Shown: piece by piece, positions 8,819-16,978 of the stretch
Layout: each line of letters begins with the position of its first letter
Position numbering within the stretch: position 1 is the stretch's first letter
Assembly (NCBI GenBank): GCA_022843095.1
Contig: JALHOH010000001.1
Location: 330,001-362,000, forward strand
Reading direction: 5' to 3'
Source of the DNA: Candidatus Saccharimonadota bacterium
Lineage (GTDB): Bacteria > Patescibacteriota > Patescibacteriia > 2-12-FULL-60-25
DNA length: 32,000 nt
Notes under the pieces: model-generated
Told to the model about the DNA's origin: nothing
What the model saw: only the letters and a program-made list of their open reading frames with translations
Databases searched by the model: none
Program-made: the position numbers and the translations under genes

Positions 8819-9766
8819 TCAATCAACCCGGAGAACAACGGCGGTGCGATCATCTACGGCGGTCGATGTCTGAAGTAGTCGTTGGACGGCGATATCCAAT
8901 GTGGGCGACTGAAGGAGGGCGCGAATGGTGAGATCCGGCGTCAGTCCATCATGAACGCCATCGGTTGTAAGGAGAACGAGGTCGCCTTGATGGATTTCGT
9001 GCGTCTGAACCAGGTATTCCGGTTTATCCATGCCAAGCTGGCTTGAGATGTAGTTTTGATGCGCTCCATAGAGCTGCGCGAACGGAGACAGTCCCTCGCG
9101 CGCCAGACTCGATGTTGTAATGGAGATGCTGCGCATGAGTTCTCGCGCCATGGCTGGCGAAGAGGGGATGTCGTAGAGCGCATTTTCTAGTGAGATGCGT
9201 GCACGCCGGGCATATTCCGCGAGTTCATTTAAGAAGGGTGGATTGTGCAGGATCATCTCACGGACAAGAACCGCTTCTTCTGCGGTGGTCGACAGAAACG
9301 GGCTATGATCGATGGTGAGTGGTTCAAGTGCGTAGCTCCCTTTTTTGAGAAGCGTGACACGGCTGTCGCCGGCATGCCCAATCGTTAACAGATGGGTGGA
9401 CGATGTCAGAGGCGTCAGAAGTGTCATGGCGAGAGTCGTCGCGCGACCATCTCCTGATGGGTCTTCGAGGATCTGCCGTTGTGCCTGTTCAAAGGCATCC
9501 TGCATCCAGGCTTCGGCAACATAGCGATCGCGCAGTGCAGGGATTGCGCAAGTGCGTGCGGACTCGATGGCGGTTTGTGCGGCAAGGTGCCCGTTTTCGC
9601 TTCCACTCACGCCATCGGCGACGGCAAAGAGTCCGCGTGCGGGATCGCAAAGAAACGCGTCGTCATTTGGCCGTTCTCGGGTACGGCCTTCCTTTGGACG
9701 TGTCCCGCCGGCCGCATGGTAGGGGAGCTCTGCTTCCTTGGAAGGAGGTCGTTCAGACGAACGCAT
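8819..9766 (-). CDS. PP2C-family Ser/Thr protein phosphatase
   Basis: The 315-aa protein has 'LFAVADGVSGSENGHLAAQ', 'IGHAGDSRV' and 'LLTTDGVHD', which are typical PPM/PP2C metal-binding motifs. Confidence 0.8.
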   Translation of the reverse strand: MRSSERPPSKEAELPYHAAGGTRPKEGRTRERPNDDAFLCDPARGLFAVADGVSGSENGHLAAQTAIESARTCAIPALRDRYVAEAWMQDAFEQAQRQILEDPSGDGRATTLAMTLLTPLTSSTHLLTIGHAGDSRVTLLKKGSYALEPLTIDHSPFLSTTAEEAVLVREMILHNPPFLNELAEYARRARISLENALYDIPSSPAMARELMRSISITTSSLAREGLSPFAQLYGAHQNYISSQLGMDKPEYLVQTHEIHQGDLVLLTTDGVHDGLTPDLTIRALLQSPTLDIAVQRLLQTSTAVDDRTAVVLRVD

Positions 9767-9792
9767 ATGCCACCAGTGTACCTTGAATGAAC

Positions 9793-9822
9793 AAAAAAAC
9801 CATCGGTCTCCCGATGGTTTTT
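9793..9822 (-). terminator. Rho-independent terminator after rplT
   Basis: The stem is ACCATCGG/CCGATGGT, extended by A/T pairs, with loop TCTC. A T-run follows on the minus strand. Confidence 0.7.
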
Positions 9823-9826
9823 AGGC

Positions 9827-10165
9827 TTACGCCTTCACGAGTTTCGCGAATGCCGCGGGCTGCTTCTGTGCGAGTTCGGCCAAGACCTTGCGATCAAGGA
9901 CGATCCCACGCTTCTTCAGGTCAGCCATGAATTTGGAGTACGTTGTTCCAAGTTCGCGCACGGCGGCGTTGATGCGGATGTTCTGAAGGCCGCGGTTGTT
10001 GCGCTTCTTCAGCTTGCGTCCGACGTAGCCATGGGCGCCAGCCTTTACGGCGGCGATCTTGGCGAGCGTGATGCGGTTCTTGCGTCCCCACATCATTCCT
10101 TTGGTGCGTGCGAGGATGTTCTTGCGGCGGGTGACACGGTGTGTCCCACGTTTGACACGAGGCAT
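9827..10165 (-). CDS. rplT: 50S ribosomal protein L20
   Basis: The 112-aa protein begins 'MPRVKRGTHRVTRRKNIL' and contains 'YVGRKLKKRNNRGLQNIRINAA', a canonical L20 sequence. Confidence 0.95.
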   Translation of the reverse strand: MPRVKRGTHRVTRRKNILARTKGMMWGRKNRITLAKIAAVKAGAHGYVGRKLKKRNNRGLQNIRINAAVRELGTTYSKFMADLKKRGIVLDRKVLAELAQKQPAAFAKLVKA

Positions 10166-10195
10166 AATTGGTTGGTGTATGAGGGAATGTGAGGG

Positions 10196-10390
10196 TTACG
10201 CGTGCGGCATGAGCGACAGGATGTTCTTCTTGTACGATTCCGAGACGGACAGGTCGCGGCGCTTGTTACGCGTCACCTTGCCAGATTCACGGCTGTTGAA
10301 GTGGTCCTGACCGTTCTTGCGCTTCAAGAGCTTGCCGCTCTTCGTGAGTTTGACGCGCTTCGCGATCGTCTTGTGGGTCTTGAGTTTCAT
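10196..10390 (-). CDS. rpmI: 50S ribosomal protein L35
   Basis: The 64-aa protein begins 'MKLKTHKTIAKRVKLTKSGKL', which is L35-like. Its position between infC and rplT is the expected one. Confidence 0.9.
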   Translation of the reverse strand: MKLKTHKTIAKRVKLTKSGKLLKRKNGQDHFNSRESGKVTRNKRRDLSVSESYKKNILSLMPHA

Positions 10391-10415
10391 AGAAGTGGAT
10401 CAAGTAGGGGGTTGG

Positions 10416-10979
10416 TTATCCTTTTCGTCCAACGATCGCAGAGACGTTTCCGCCGTTCCGGGTCGTAGGTTGTTCGAGCGAAAGGGGATAGGTTTCTTCC
10501 AATGATTTGATGAATCCATTGATACGATCGTAGGCGATGTTACCGTGCTCTTTTTCGCGCCCGCGCAACATGATTTCGATCTTGAGCTTGTTGCCATCCT
10601 CGAGGAAGCCCAGGGCTTGGGACTTACGGATGTCGAGGTCGTGTGCCCCCATCTTTACCGAAAGACGGATGCCTTTGACTTCGACCTTCTTGGCGTGGGC
10701 CTTTTGGACCTTCACTTCCTTTTCCTTTTGATACTTGAACTGTCCGTAGTCCAAGAATTTGCAGACCGGCGGAACGGCTTTCGGGGAGACCTCTACGAGA
10801 TCATACCCGCGTTCTTGCGCCATGGTCAGTGCCTTGGAAGAAGAAAGGACGCCAAGCATCTGGCCTTCCTCGTCGATGACGCGGATTTCCGGGGTGGTGA
10901 GGATCGCCTCATTTGCCCGGTACACCGGCGTTTCGTCTTTTTTTTGATAGCCGCCGCGGCGGCGATAATGGATGCGCAT
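10416..10979 (-). CDS. infC: Translation initiation factor IF-3
   Basis: The sequence 'EIRVIDEEGQMLGVLSSSKALTMAQERGYDLVEVSPKAVPPVCKFLDYGQFKYQ' is canonical IF3. The start is set at ATG 10979 because the longer track ORF overlaps the tmRNA 3' end. A non-ATG start cannot be excluded. Confidence 0.85.
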   Translation of the reverse strand: MRIHYRRRGGYQKKDETPVYRANEAILTTPEIRVIDEEGQMLGVLSSSKALTMAQERGYDLVEVSPKAVPPVCKFLDYGQFKYQKEKEVKVQKAHAKKVEVKGIRLSVKMGAHDLDIRKSQALGFLEDGNKLKIEIMLRGREKEHGNIAYDRINGFIKSLEETYPLSLEQPTTRNGGNVSAIVGRKG

Positions 10980-10994
10980 TGGAGAAAAAATGTG

Positions 10995-11425
10995 TGGTGG
11001 AGGTGGGGGGGATCGCACCCCCGTCCGAACACCCAATCAGAATCGTTCATTCACACGCGTAGTCGGCTCATCTCCGGTGAGGGAGTGGTCGCACCGTCGT
11101 CATGGAACCGACGAGAAGGCGGTGTCTATCTCCTGGGCCGGTCCATCTCCGCGAAGAGCGCGTGGAGATGCAAGTCCGTGTGGTTGGCGATGGATCTCTT
11201 CCCCACGGACGGAAGAAGAGGCACCGGCCGACATCAGGTCAGCGTAGAGCGCGAAGGCTTACGCGACGGATGCGGCAAAGGCCGGAACGCGGAACGCCGA
11301 GGCGATCGCATTCTTGACCTTCGAGACGATGTTGGCAGGTATCGTCGTGCCCCGGGATTTACGTGTCTTGGGCGGACACGGCGTGCACGATGATGAAATG
11401 GACGTCGTCGATGCTATTCACCCCC
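10995..11425 (-). ncRNA. ssrA: tmRNA (ssrA), about 431 nt with encoded CCA
   Basis: Minus-strand 5' end is GGGGGTGAATAGCATCGACGACG. The 3' end is GGACGGGGGTGCGATCCCCCCCACCTCCACCA. The acceptor helix GGGGGTG/CACCTCC includes the G3:U pair. There is an internal tag frame, and the gene lies directly after smpB. Confidence 0.85.
11259..11309 (-). other. Candidate tmRNA tag reading frame (A)IASAFRVPAFAASVA-stop
   Basis: My translation of the minus strand is GCG ATC GCC TCG GCG TTC CGC GTT CCG GCC TTT GCC GCA TCC GTC GCG TAA. It has the Ala-rich hydrophobic C-terminus typical of tags. The resume codon is not certain. Confidence 0.5.
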
Positions 11426-11854
11426 TCGCTTGGTATCGCGGTCGAGCGCGCGTTGCTTTAAGGCTTCGCGTTTGTCGTAGGTCTTGCGACCACGGCAGAG
11501 CCCAAACCCAAGTTTGATACGGCGTCCAAGAGAATATAGGGAGAATGGTACCAGTGTCAACCCTTTTTGTTGTGTTTTTTCCGCCAGTTCTCGCAATTCT
11601 TTTTTGTGGACCAACACGGGGCGGGATCGGAGGGGGTCATAGGATTCCGGTTTTCCCCCTTTAGAATAGGGGGCAATCCGTGCTCCAATGAGCTGTAATT
11701 TCCCTTGAAATACCTTTAAATAGGCCCCATCGAGCTTTGCACCCCCCTCGCGAACGGCTTTGACCTCGCGCCCCGTCAATACCAACCCGCCCTCGAAGGA
11801 TTCCAGGGTTTCGTAGTCGTGCCGAGCTTTTCGGTTTTCCGCAAAGGTTGCCAT
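11414..11854 (-). CDS. smpB: SsrA-binding protein SmpB
   Basis: The sequence 'NRKARHDYETLESFEGGLVLTGREVKAVREG...LVHKKELREL' is canonical SmpB. The start is at ATG 11854. The last three codons and the stop (GGG GGT GAA TAG) are also the 5' acceptor strand of ssrA. Confidence 0.9.
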   Translation of the reverse strand: MATFAENRKARHDYETLESFEGGLVLTGREVKAVREGGAKLDGAYLKVFQGKLQLIGARIAPYSKGGKPESYDPLRSRPVLVHKKELRELAEKTQQKGLTLVPFSLYSLGRRIKLGFGLCRGRKTYDKREALKQRALDRDTKRGGE

Positions 11855-11890
11855 AGGGCGTGTGTGTCCATAGCCTACATGCTGGAAGAT

Positions 11891-11899
11891 TGGTATGCT
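11891..11899 (+). promoter_or_regulatory. Extended -10 element TGGTATGCT
   Basis: It lies 12 nt upstream of ATG 11912, in the 57-nt divergent gap shared with smpB. Confidence 0.4.
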
Positions 11900-11911
11900 A
11901 GCAAGCGAGAT

Positions 11912-12949
11912 ATGGCCTATCAAAAACCGCAGCTCGTTTCTATCACCACCGGGACAATCCTCAAGTTTCTTGGGGTGCTTTTCGCGATCTGGGTGGTATG
12001 GATGATCCGGGACATTGTTTTGCTGGTTTTTACCTCGCTTCTGTTGGCTGGGGTCATGTACCCGTTTGTGCGCGCGGCAGCGGCTCGAAAAGTCCCAAAA
12101 TCCCTGGCGGTCATCATTTTTTACGTCATCTTCTTTGGGATGCTCGCTCTGGCATTTGCCTTGCTGATTCCGGCGATCGTAACGGAAGCCAAACAATTTG
12201 CTGCGACACATGAGGTGTCTCAAGGGTGGATGACGGATGGGATCGACGGACTCAAACAACTGACCCAGCAATACGGACTAGGGGGAAGTATCCAGGGGAG
12301 TCTTTCGGGGCTTCAAGACCAGGCCTCCAAAGGGATTACATCCTTGTTTGGGACGCTTGGGGATGTGTTTGGTGGGATCGCCGGCGTGCTCGTGGTGCTT
12401 GTGCTTGCGCTCTACATCATCGTCGAAGAATCCGCGGTCAAAACCCTGTTCCAAAACATCATTCCGAACGAACATCAGGAATTTGCCGGGCAAACCGTCT
12501 GGCTCATGATCGATAAGTTGGGTGGATGGTTGCGTGGACAATTGTTGCTGTCCCTGATTATGGGGATGCTCTATTTTGTCGTGTTCACCGTGATTGGCGT
12601 GCCGTATGCGTTGCTTCTCGCGTTATTGGGAGGGTTGCTGGAGTTTATCCCGTATCTTGGTCCGATTATCGCCGCCATCCCGGCATTGCTGCTGGCCCTT
12701 TCCGTGTCTCCGGGGACGGCGATTGCGACGTTGGTCGGGATCCTGATTGCGCAGCAGTTAGAAAATAACCTGATCGTTCCAAAGGTGATGCAAAAGGCGG
12801 TGGGATTGAACCCGTTGGTGAGCATCATCGCCTTCATGATTGGGGGAAAACTATTTGGCATCGGTGGTGCTATTTTTGCCATCCCGGTCGCAACGGCCAC
12901 GATGGTCGCGCTTCAAGAAATCGTAAAGTTCCGCTCACGAACGCGGTAA
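11912..12949 (+). CDS. AI-2E (PerM/YdiK/TqsA) family membrane transporter
   Basis: The protein is polytopic. The motif 'LLEFIPYLGPIIAAIPALLLAL' is characteristic of AI-2E family permeases. The start is set at ATG 11912 ('MAYQKPQL'). Confidence 0.8.
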   Translation: MAYQKPQLVSITTGTILKFLGVLFAIWVVWMIRDIVLLVFTSLLLAGVMYPFVRAAAARKVPKSLAVIIFYVIFFGMLALAFALLIPAIVTEAKQFAATHEVSQGWMTDGIDGLKQLTQQYGLGGSIQGSLSGLQDQASKGITSLFGTLGDVFGGIAGVLVVLVLALYIIVEESAVKTLFQNIIPNEHQEFAGQTVWLMIDKLGGWLRGQLLLSLIMGMLYFVVFTVIGVPYALLLALLGGLLEFIPYLGPIIAAIPALLLALSVSPGTAIATLVGILIAQQLENNLIVPKVMQKAVGLNPLVSIIAFMIGGKLFGIGGAIFAIPVATATMVALQEIVKFRSRTR

Positions 12950-12960
12950 TCTCGATCGTT

Positions 12961-13329
12961 ATGCGACGCATTCTCTTTCTTCTCCTCATTTTGTGTGGCG
13001 TGGTTGCACTTGTGTGGTGGTGGCGTACACGTCCGCCGGAAGGTCCGGTGAATCTTGCGCCGCTTGCGTCACAACAAGTTCCGGTCGTTTCAAGTGAAGA
13101 ACGTGCAGCTACCTGGGTCGGCCAAGTGAAAGCGATTCTTGCCACGTTTGATCAGCAAAAGAAGGCGGATGTTGCGCGTGATGCCTTGCTTGCGTTGACC
13201 GTGAATCGCGCAGACCAAGAAATGCATCTTAAGCTGGTTATGGCCTTTGCGGCGCTTGCAGACGGAAAAAAGGGCGCAGAAGCACAGGTAGAGGATGCAA
13301 AGCGCACATTTGCGCAGGCATTTCCGTAA
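12961..13329 (+). CDS. Small hypothetical protein with N-terminal signal/anchor
   Basis: A 122-aa ORF starting 11 nt after the transporter gene. The N-terminus 'MRRILFLLLILCGVVALVWWW' is hydrophobic. Confidence 0.55.
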   Translation: MRRILFLLLILCGVVALVWWWRTRPPEGPVNLAPLASQQVPVVSSEERAATWVGQVKAILATFDQQKKADVARDALLALTVNRADQEMHLKLVMAFAALADGKKGAEAQVEDAKRTFAQAFP

Positions 13330-13344
13330 GAGAGGGATGAGGGT

Positions 13345-14118
13345 ATGCGTTGGCTCCTGCTTCTGCTCGCTCCTTGGCTCACGGGTGCCTACGCCATCGC
13401 CGCGGCGCGGGCGCAGCTTGCGTGGCCATTGAACTATCCCTGGCCGTTACTTTCGGTCATCGGGGTGTTTCTTGTCGTGTCCTCCATTATCAGCTGGCGA
13501 AAACTTCCGCTTTGGGTGGCGATCCGTCAGGTCATCCCCGGGACACTAGCGCTCCTCGGGATGACCGGTGCGTTTTTGTTGGTTGAAGGGGAGTGGCAGG
13601 TGTATGCGCTCCTGTTTGCGTTTGCCGCGGTTCCGACGTTGGTCTTGGCGCTACTGTTTTTGTCCGTGTTCGATCCGGGGCGTTATCCGGTGAATGGATT
13701 GTCGCGGATTAATCTTGCCTGCGTTATTCTTGCGACGTTTTACGGAAGTTTTGCGCTTGCGGGTCTTGCAACGTTCTTAACCGAAGAACGCTGGCTTCGA
13801 TGGGTCGCGGCGCCATCTTTTGGCGTGCTCTTTGCGATTATCGCGCTTGTGACGGCGCATCCCAATGCCACGTCGAAGGAATTACGGCGCTGGACGGCGT
13901 TTGGGGCGCTTGCCGGGATTCATGCCGGATTTTTGCTCGCGATCGTGCCGGTTTCGATGCTTGTGACGGCGGTGTGGGTGATGCTTTTTTTGGCGGTCCC
14001 GATTCGCATGCGTCGCTATGCCTATCAGCCCATCCCCCCCACGACGACTGCGTGGGGAGAGGCGATTATTGGACTCCTGCTTTTTATTGCGACTCTGGCC
14101 ATTGCGCGATGGGCGTGA
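13345..14118 (+). CDS. Polytopic integral membrane protein, unknown function
   Basis: The 257-aa protein has multiple long hydrophobic segments and sits in tight operon spacing. Confidence 0.6.
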   Translation: MRWLLLLLAPWLTGAYAIAAARAQLAWPLNYPWPLLSVIGVFLVVSSIISWRKLPLWVAIRQVIPGTLALLGMTGAFLLVEGEWQVYALLFAFAAVPTLVLALLFLSVFDPGRYPVNGLSRINLACVILATFYGSFALAGLATFLTEERWLRWVAAPSFGVLFAIIALVTAHPNATSKELRRWTAFGALAGIHAGFLLAIVPVSMLVTAVWVMLFLAVPIRMRRYAYQPIPPTTTAWGEAIIGLLLFIATLAIARWA

Positions 14119-14133
14119 TGTAATGAAAGAACT

Positions 14134-15255
14134 ATGCGCGTTGTCGCTATCGCAATCGTGACCTGTGCCGTCTCCGTGTCTGCCGCCCTGATCGGGTCGT
14201 CCTCCTTTGTTTCTTGGAGGATGGATCGGGTCGAGGCACGTTTGCAGGAGTTAGAAGGCATCCGTCGTCCAACGACCACGCAGCCTGCGGTCACCATCGT
14301 GGATGTTTCTGATCGATCTGAAGCGGGCCAGGATACGGCCGAGGTGCTGCTCCGCCGTCAATCGCCGGTCTATCCAATCGTGAAACAAGAAAAGTCCGCA
14401 GGAATGATCGCGCAAGACGCGGTGGTGGGCGCTGCGGTCGCTGTTTCTGCCGATGGATGGCTTGTGACCACGGCGGGCGTGGTTTCTGGGATGCGGTTGG
14501 CGGAGATCGGCGTTCAGGTGGGAAATGTGGTCATGCCGGTTGAGCGTGCCGTAAAAGATCTTTCTACGGACGCGGTTTTTTTACGTGTTGCGTCGGTTCG
14601 CTTTTCTCCGGCGGCGTTCGTACGCGCCGAAACGGTGCGGTCTGGGCAGCGCGCCTGGATCGAACCGCATCCGCGTCGTGTTTACGCAGATCGCATCGCT
14701 GACACGCGCATCGGTCGACAGGTGGAGCCGCTTTCAAGCGAACGCGCAGGGCGACGGTTTTTCTTGGGTCGCACGGATGTCGCGGATTGGAAGGGGGGCG
14801 CGGTTTGGGACGCGGATGGGCGATTGGTGGGGCTACTGGACCGGCAGACGCGGGATGGATGGCTGGTTTTGCCGGCAGAATCACTTGGACAAACATTTGT
14901 AAGCCTGGTGGCCAGCGGAGAGGTACGTCGCGCGGTGCTGGGTGTTCGAGCGGTGGATCTGACAGGAAGTCTTACGGAATCCGCGTCAACGGAACTCCCT
15001 GCGAGCGGCGCATTGGTTGCGGGTGGAAAAACACCGGCAGTGCTACCAGGGGGGCCGGCATCCGGCAAACTCGTGGAAGGCGATGTCATCGTGCGTTTGG
15101 ACCGTGATTTATTGGATGGGTCTGCGGATTTGGGAGAACGATTGCTTGCGTATCGCCCCGGAGCCAATGTCGTCGTTGGGGTCATCCGTGGAGGGAAAAC
15201 CTTAGAAATTCCTCTTACATTGGGAAGCGCGGTCGTGACCGAGTCGATAAAATAG
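14134..15255 (+). CDS. Membrane-anchored HtrA/DegP-like protein with PDZ domain, with catalytic His and Ser apparently replaced (pseudoprotease candidate)
   Basis: My manual alignment to the HtrA consensus gives three comparisons. 'LVTTAGVV' replaces 'LTNxHVV', 'STDAVFLRV' retains the Asp, and 'DWKGGAVWDADGRLVGLL' replaces 'GNSGGPLxxxxGxxIGI'. The C-terminal segment 'GDVIVRLDRDLL...VVVGVIRGGKTLEIPLTLG' is PDZ-like. Confidence 0.6.
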   Translation: MRVVAIAIVTCAVSVSAALIGSSSFVSWRMDRVEARLQELEGIRRPTTTQPAVTIVDVSDRSEAGQDTAEVLLRRQSPVYPIVKQEKSAGMIAQDAVVGAAVAVSADGWLVTTAGVVSGMRLAEIGVQVGNVVMPVERAVKDLSTDAVFLRVASVRFSPAAFVRAETVRSGQRAWIEPHPRRVYADRIADTRIGRQVEPLSSERAGRRFFLGRTDVADWKGGAVWDADGRLVGLLDRQTRDGWLVLPAESLGQTFVSLVASGEVRRAVLGVRAVDLTGSLTESASTELPASGALVAGGKTPAVLPGGPASGKLVEGDVIVRLDRDLLDGSADLGERLLAYRPGANVVVGVIRGGKTLEIPLTLGSAVVTESIK

Positions 15256-15288
15256 CGCGTTCGGGGATAGCGGAAGAATGGTGTCTCG

Positions 15289-15297
15289 TGGCACAAT
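15289..15297 (+). promoter_or_regulatory. Extended -10 element TGGCACAAT
   Basis: It lies 6 nt upstream of ATG 15304, which is leaderless geometry. Confidence 0.35.
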
Positions 15298-15303
15298 GGG
15301 CGC

Positions 15304-16236
15304 ATGGCCAAGCTCGCATCGCATGTTCGGGGATTTCTGGAGTACCTGGAAGTCGATAAAGGGCGCTCTCCGCTTACGGTACGCAACTATCAATTTTATC
15401 TTCAGCGATTCGTTGATTGGGCAAAGGATCCATCCGTGGAACAGGTGAATCAAGAAATGGTTCACCAGTTTCGTTTGTATTTGAATCGATTGGGCGCGCG
15501 CGAGTCTGGGACCATGAAAAAGTCCACGCAGAATTATCACTTGATCGCGCTTCGGTCGTTTCTGAAGTATTTGGTGAAGCGTGATGTGAAGGCGATGGCA
15601 CCAGAAAAAATCGAGCTGGCAAAGCAGGGGAGTCGGGACGTGGCGTTTTTGGATGCGAGCGACTTACAGCGATTATTGGAGACGCCAGAAAAAATGGACA
15701 TTGCCGCGATTTTGAAGGCGCGTGATCGAGCGATATTGGAACTATTTTTTTCGACAGGAATGCGCGTGTCGGAGCTTGCTTCGCTTAAGCGCGAGCATCT
15801 GAATTTGAAGCGCGACGAATTCACGGTGCGCGGAAAAGGGGATAAAACACGCATCGTGTTTTTATCCAATCAGGCAAAGTTCGCCATAAAAAATTATCTG
15901 GATCTCCGCGAAGACGATGATAGTCCCTATCTTTTTATTCGCCACGATCGTGCTGCATCGGAATCCAAAGAACATGGTCCGTTGACGCCCCGTTCCATCG
16001 AACGAATGGTGCATCAATATTCCATTGCCGCGGGGATCCCAAAAAAGGTGACGCCTCACACGCTGCGTCACTCGTTTGCGACGGACTTGCTGATGAATGG
16101 AGCGGATTTGCGCAGCGTTCAGTCCATGCTTGGCCACCAGTCGATCACAACGACGCAGATTTATACGCACATCACCAACCAACAATTAAAAGATGTGCAT
16201 CAGGCGTTTCATAGCAAACGCCGCACAACCTCGTAA
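15304..16236 (+). CDS. Tyrosine site-specific recombinase, XerC/XerD type
   Basis: The N-terminal SAM-like domain includes 'FLEYLEVDKGRSPLTVRNYQFYL'. The catalytic region has 'STGMRVSELASL', 'HTLRHSFATDLL' and 'LGHQSITTTQIYTHI'. Confidence 0.88.
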   Translation: MAKLASHVRGFLEYLEVDKGRSPLTVRNYQFYLQRFVDWAKDPSVEQVNQEMVHQFRLYLNRLGARESGTMKKSTQNYHLIALRSFLKYLVKRDVKAMAPEKIELAKQGSRDVAFLDASDLQRLLETPEKMDIAAILKARDRAILELFFSTGMRVSELASLKREHLNLKRDEFTVRGKGDKTRIVFLSNQAKFAIKNYLDLREDDDSPYLFIRHDRAASESKEHGPLTPRSIERMVHQYSIAAGIPKKVTPHTLRHSFATDLLMNGADLRSVQSMLGHQSITTTQIYTHITNQQLKDVHQAFHSKRRTTS

Positions 16237-16241
16237 GACGT

Positions 16242-16817
16242 ATGTCCACCATCCCCCCAGGATTGCTTGCAGTACACGATCTCTTGGAGCGTCATCCAGA
16301 AGAACGAGCGACGTTCCTGCCGTATGAAATACGGAAGCGTGAACGAGAACATGCGCTGTTTGTCGCGGGGAAAAAGTTGTTACAGGTGAATATTTGGGCG
16401 GCGCTTCGAGCGATGCTGGTGGTTGGGACCGCAGTGTTTACCTTGGTGTGGACCCTTGGATTATTGGCGCAGGTGAATGCATGGGTTGAGCACGCTTGGA
16501 GTCAGTCGGTCACGGTCCCGGTGCCACTTGGCGATGATCTGCGGTTGGATTTAGGGAGGCTTTTTCCTCGACCGACTTCATCGCTTTGGCTCCTGGCGGC
16601 GCGGCTGCCGCTCTGGAATTTTTCGGACGCCGGGACCATTGCGTTGATCGCGATGGTGGTAGTGGCGTTGGAAAAGGGGGTAGTGGCCTGGATGACTTGG
16701 ACGCATGCCCGGGAATTAAAGGGTGCCGCACTGGAGCTCGCCGAAGAGATCAAGACATTGAAAGAATGGCGAGATCAGGAAGCGCCCCCCGTTGCCACCC
16801 CGCGGAGACGTGGGTAG
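16242..16817 (+). CDS. Hypothetical membrane protein
   Basis: A 191-aa ORF starting 5 nt after the recombinase gene, with two to three hydrophobic segments. Confidence 0.5.
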   Translation: MSTIPPGLLAVHDLLERHPEERATFLPYEIRKREREHALFVAGKKLLQVNIWAALRAMLVVGTAVFTLVWTLGLLAQVNAWVEHAWSQSVTVPVPLGDDLRLDLGRLFPRPTSSLWLLAARLPLWNFSDAGTIALIAMVVVALEKGVVAWMTWTHARELKGAALELAEEIKTLKEWRDQEAPPVATPRRRG

Positions 16818-16834
16818 GGTGACATGCGTGACAG

Positions 16835-16909
16835 GCCCCTGTAGTTCAATGGATAAAACGCCGGACTTCTAAGCCGGATCTGTAGGTTCGATTCCTACCG
16901 GGGGCACCA
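16835..16909 (+). tRNA. tRNA-Arg (anticodon UCU), CCA encoded
   Basis: Manual cloverleaf fold. The acceptor stem is GCCCCTG/CGGGGGC, the anticodon loop is CTTCTAA and the T-arm is GTAGG-TTCGATT-CCTAC. Positions 31 and 39 form an A-G mismatch. Confidence 0.85.
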
Positions 16910-16911
16910 GC

Positions 16912-16940
16912 AAACACATCCGCCACACGCGGATGTGTTT
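16912..16940 (+). terminator. Hairpin terminator after tRNA-Arg
   Basis: A 12-bp stem AAACACATCCGC/GCGGATGTGTTT with a 5-nt loop. Confidence 0.6.
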
Positions 16941-16946
16941 GATATG

Positions 16947-16973
16947 AAAACCCCCATGAAATCATGGGGGTTT
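16947..16973 (-). terminator. Hairpin terminator after the sirtuin gene
   Basis: The near-palindrome AAACCCCCATGA..TCATGGGGGTTT is followed by TTTTC on the minus strand. Confidence 0.6.
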
Positions 16974-16978
16974 GCCGG

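Noticed and set aside
10980-11036. The longer infC start at 11036 given by the ORF track.
   Set aside because: The extension ('MGVRTGVRSPPPPPHIF') is the reverse-strand reading of the tmRNA T-arm and acceptor 3' end. ATG 10979 gives a normal-length IF3 N-terminus.
10545-11393. A 282-aa plus-strand ORF across the infC/ssrA region.
   Set aside because: It runs antisense to canonical infC and to the tmRNA gene. Its composition is Arg/Gly-rich and low-complexity, typical of spurious antisense frames in GC-rich DNA.
14682-15386. A 234-aa minus-strand ORF.
   Set aside because: It runs antisense to the HtrA-like gene and the xer promoter. The sequence is Ser/Pro/Arg-rich nonsense with no start context. 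The plus-strand gene has clear family similarity.
15304-16909. The tyrosine recombinase next to tRNA-Arg as a second integrated element.
   Set aside because: The recombinase has the XerC/D-type N-terminal and catalytic motifs and backbone GC. It sits upstream of the tRNA, not downstream. No repeat of the tRNA 3' end and no cargo-like genes follow.
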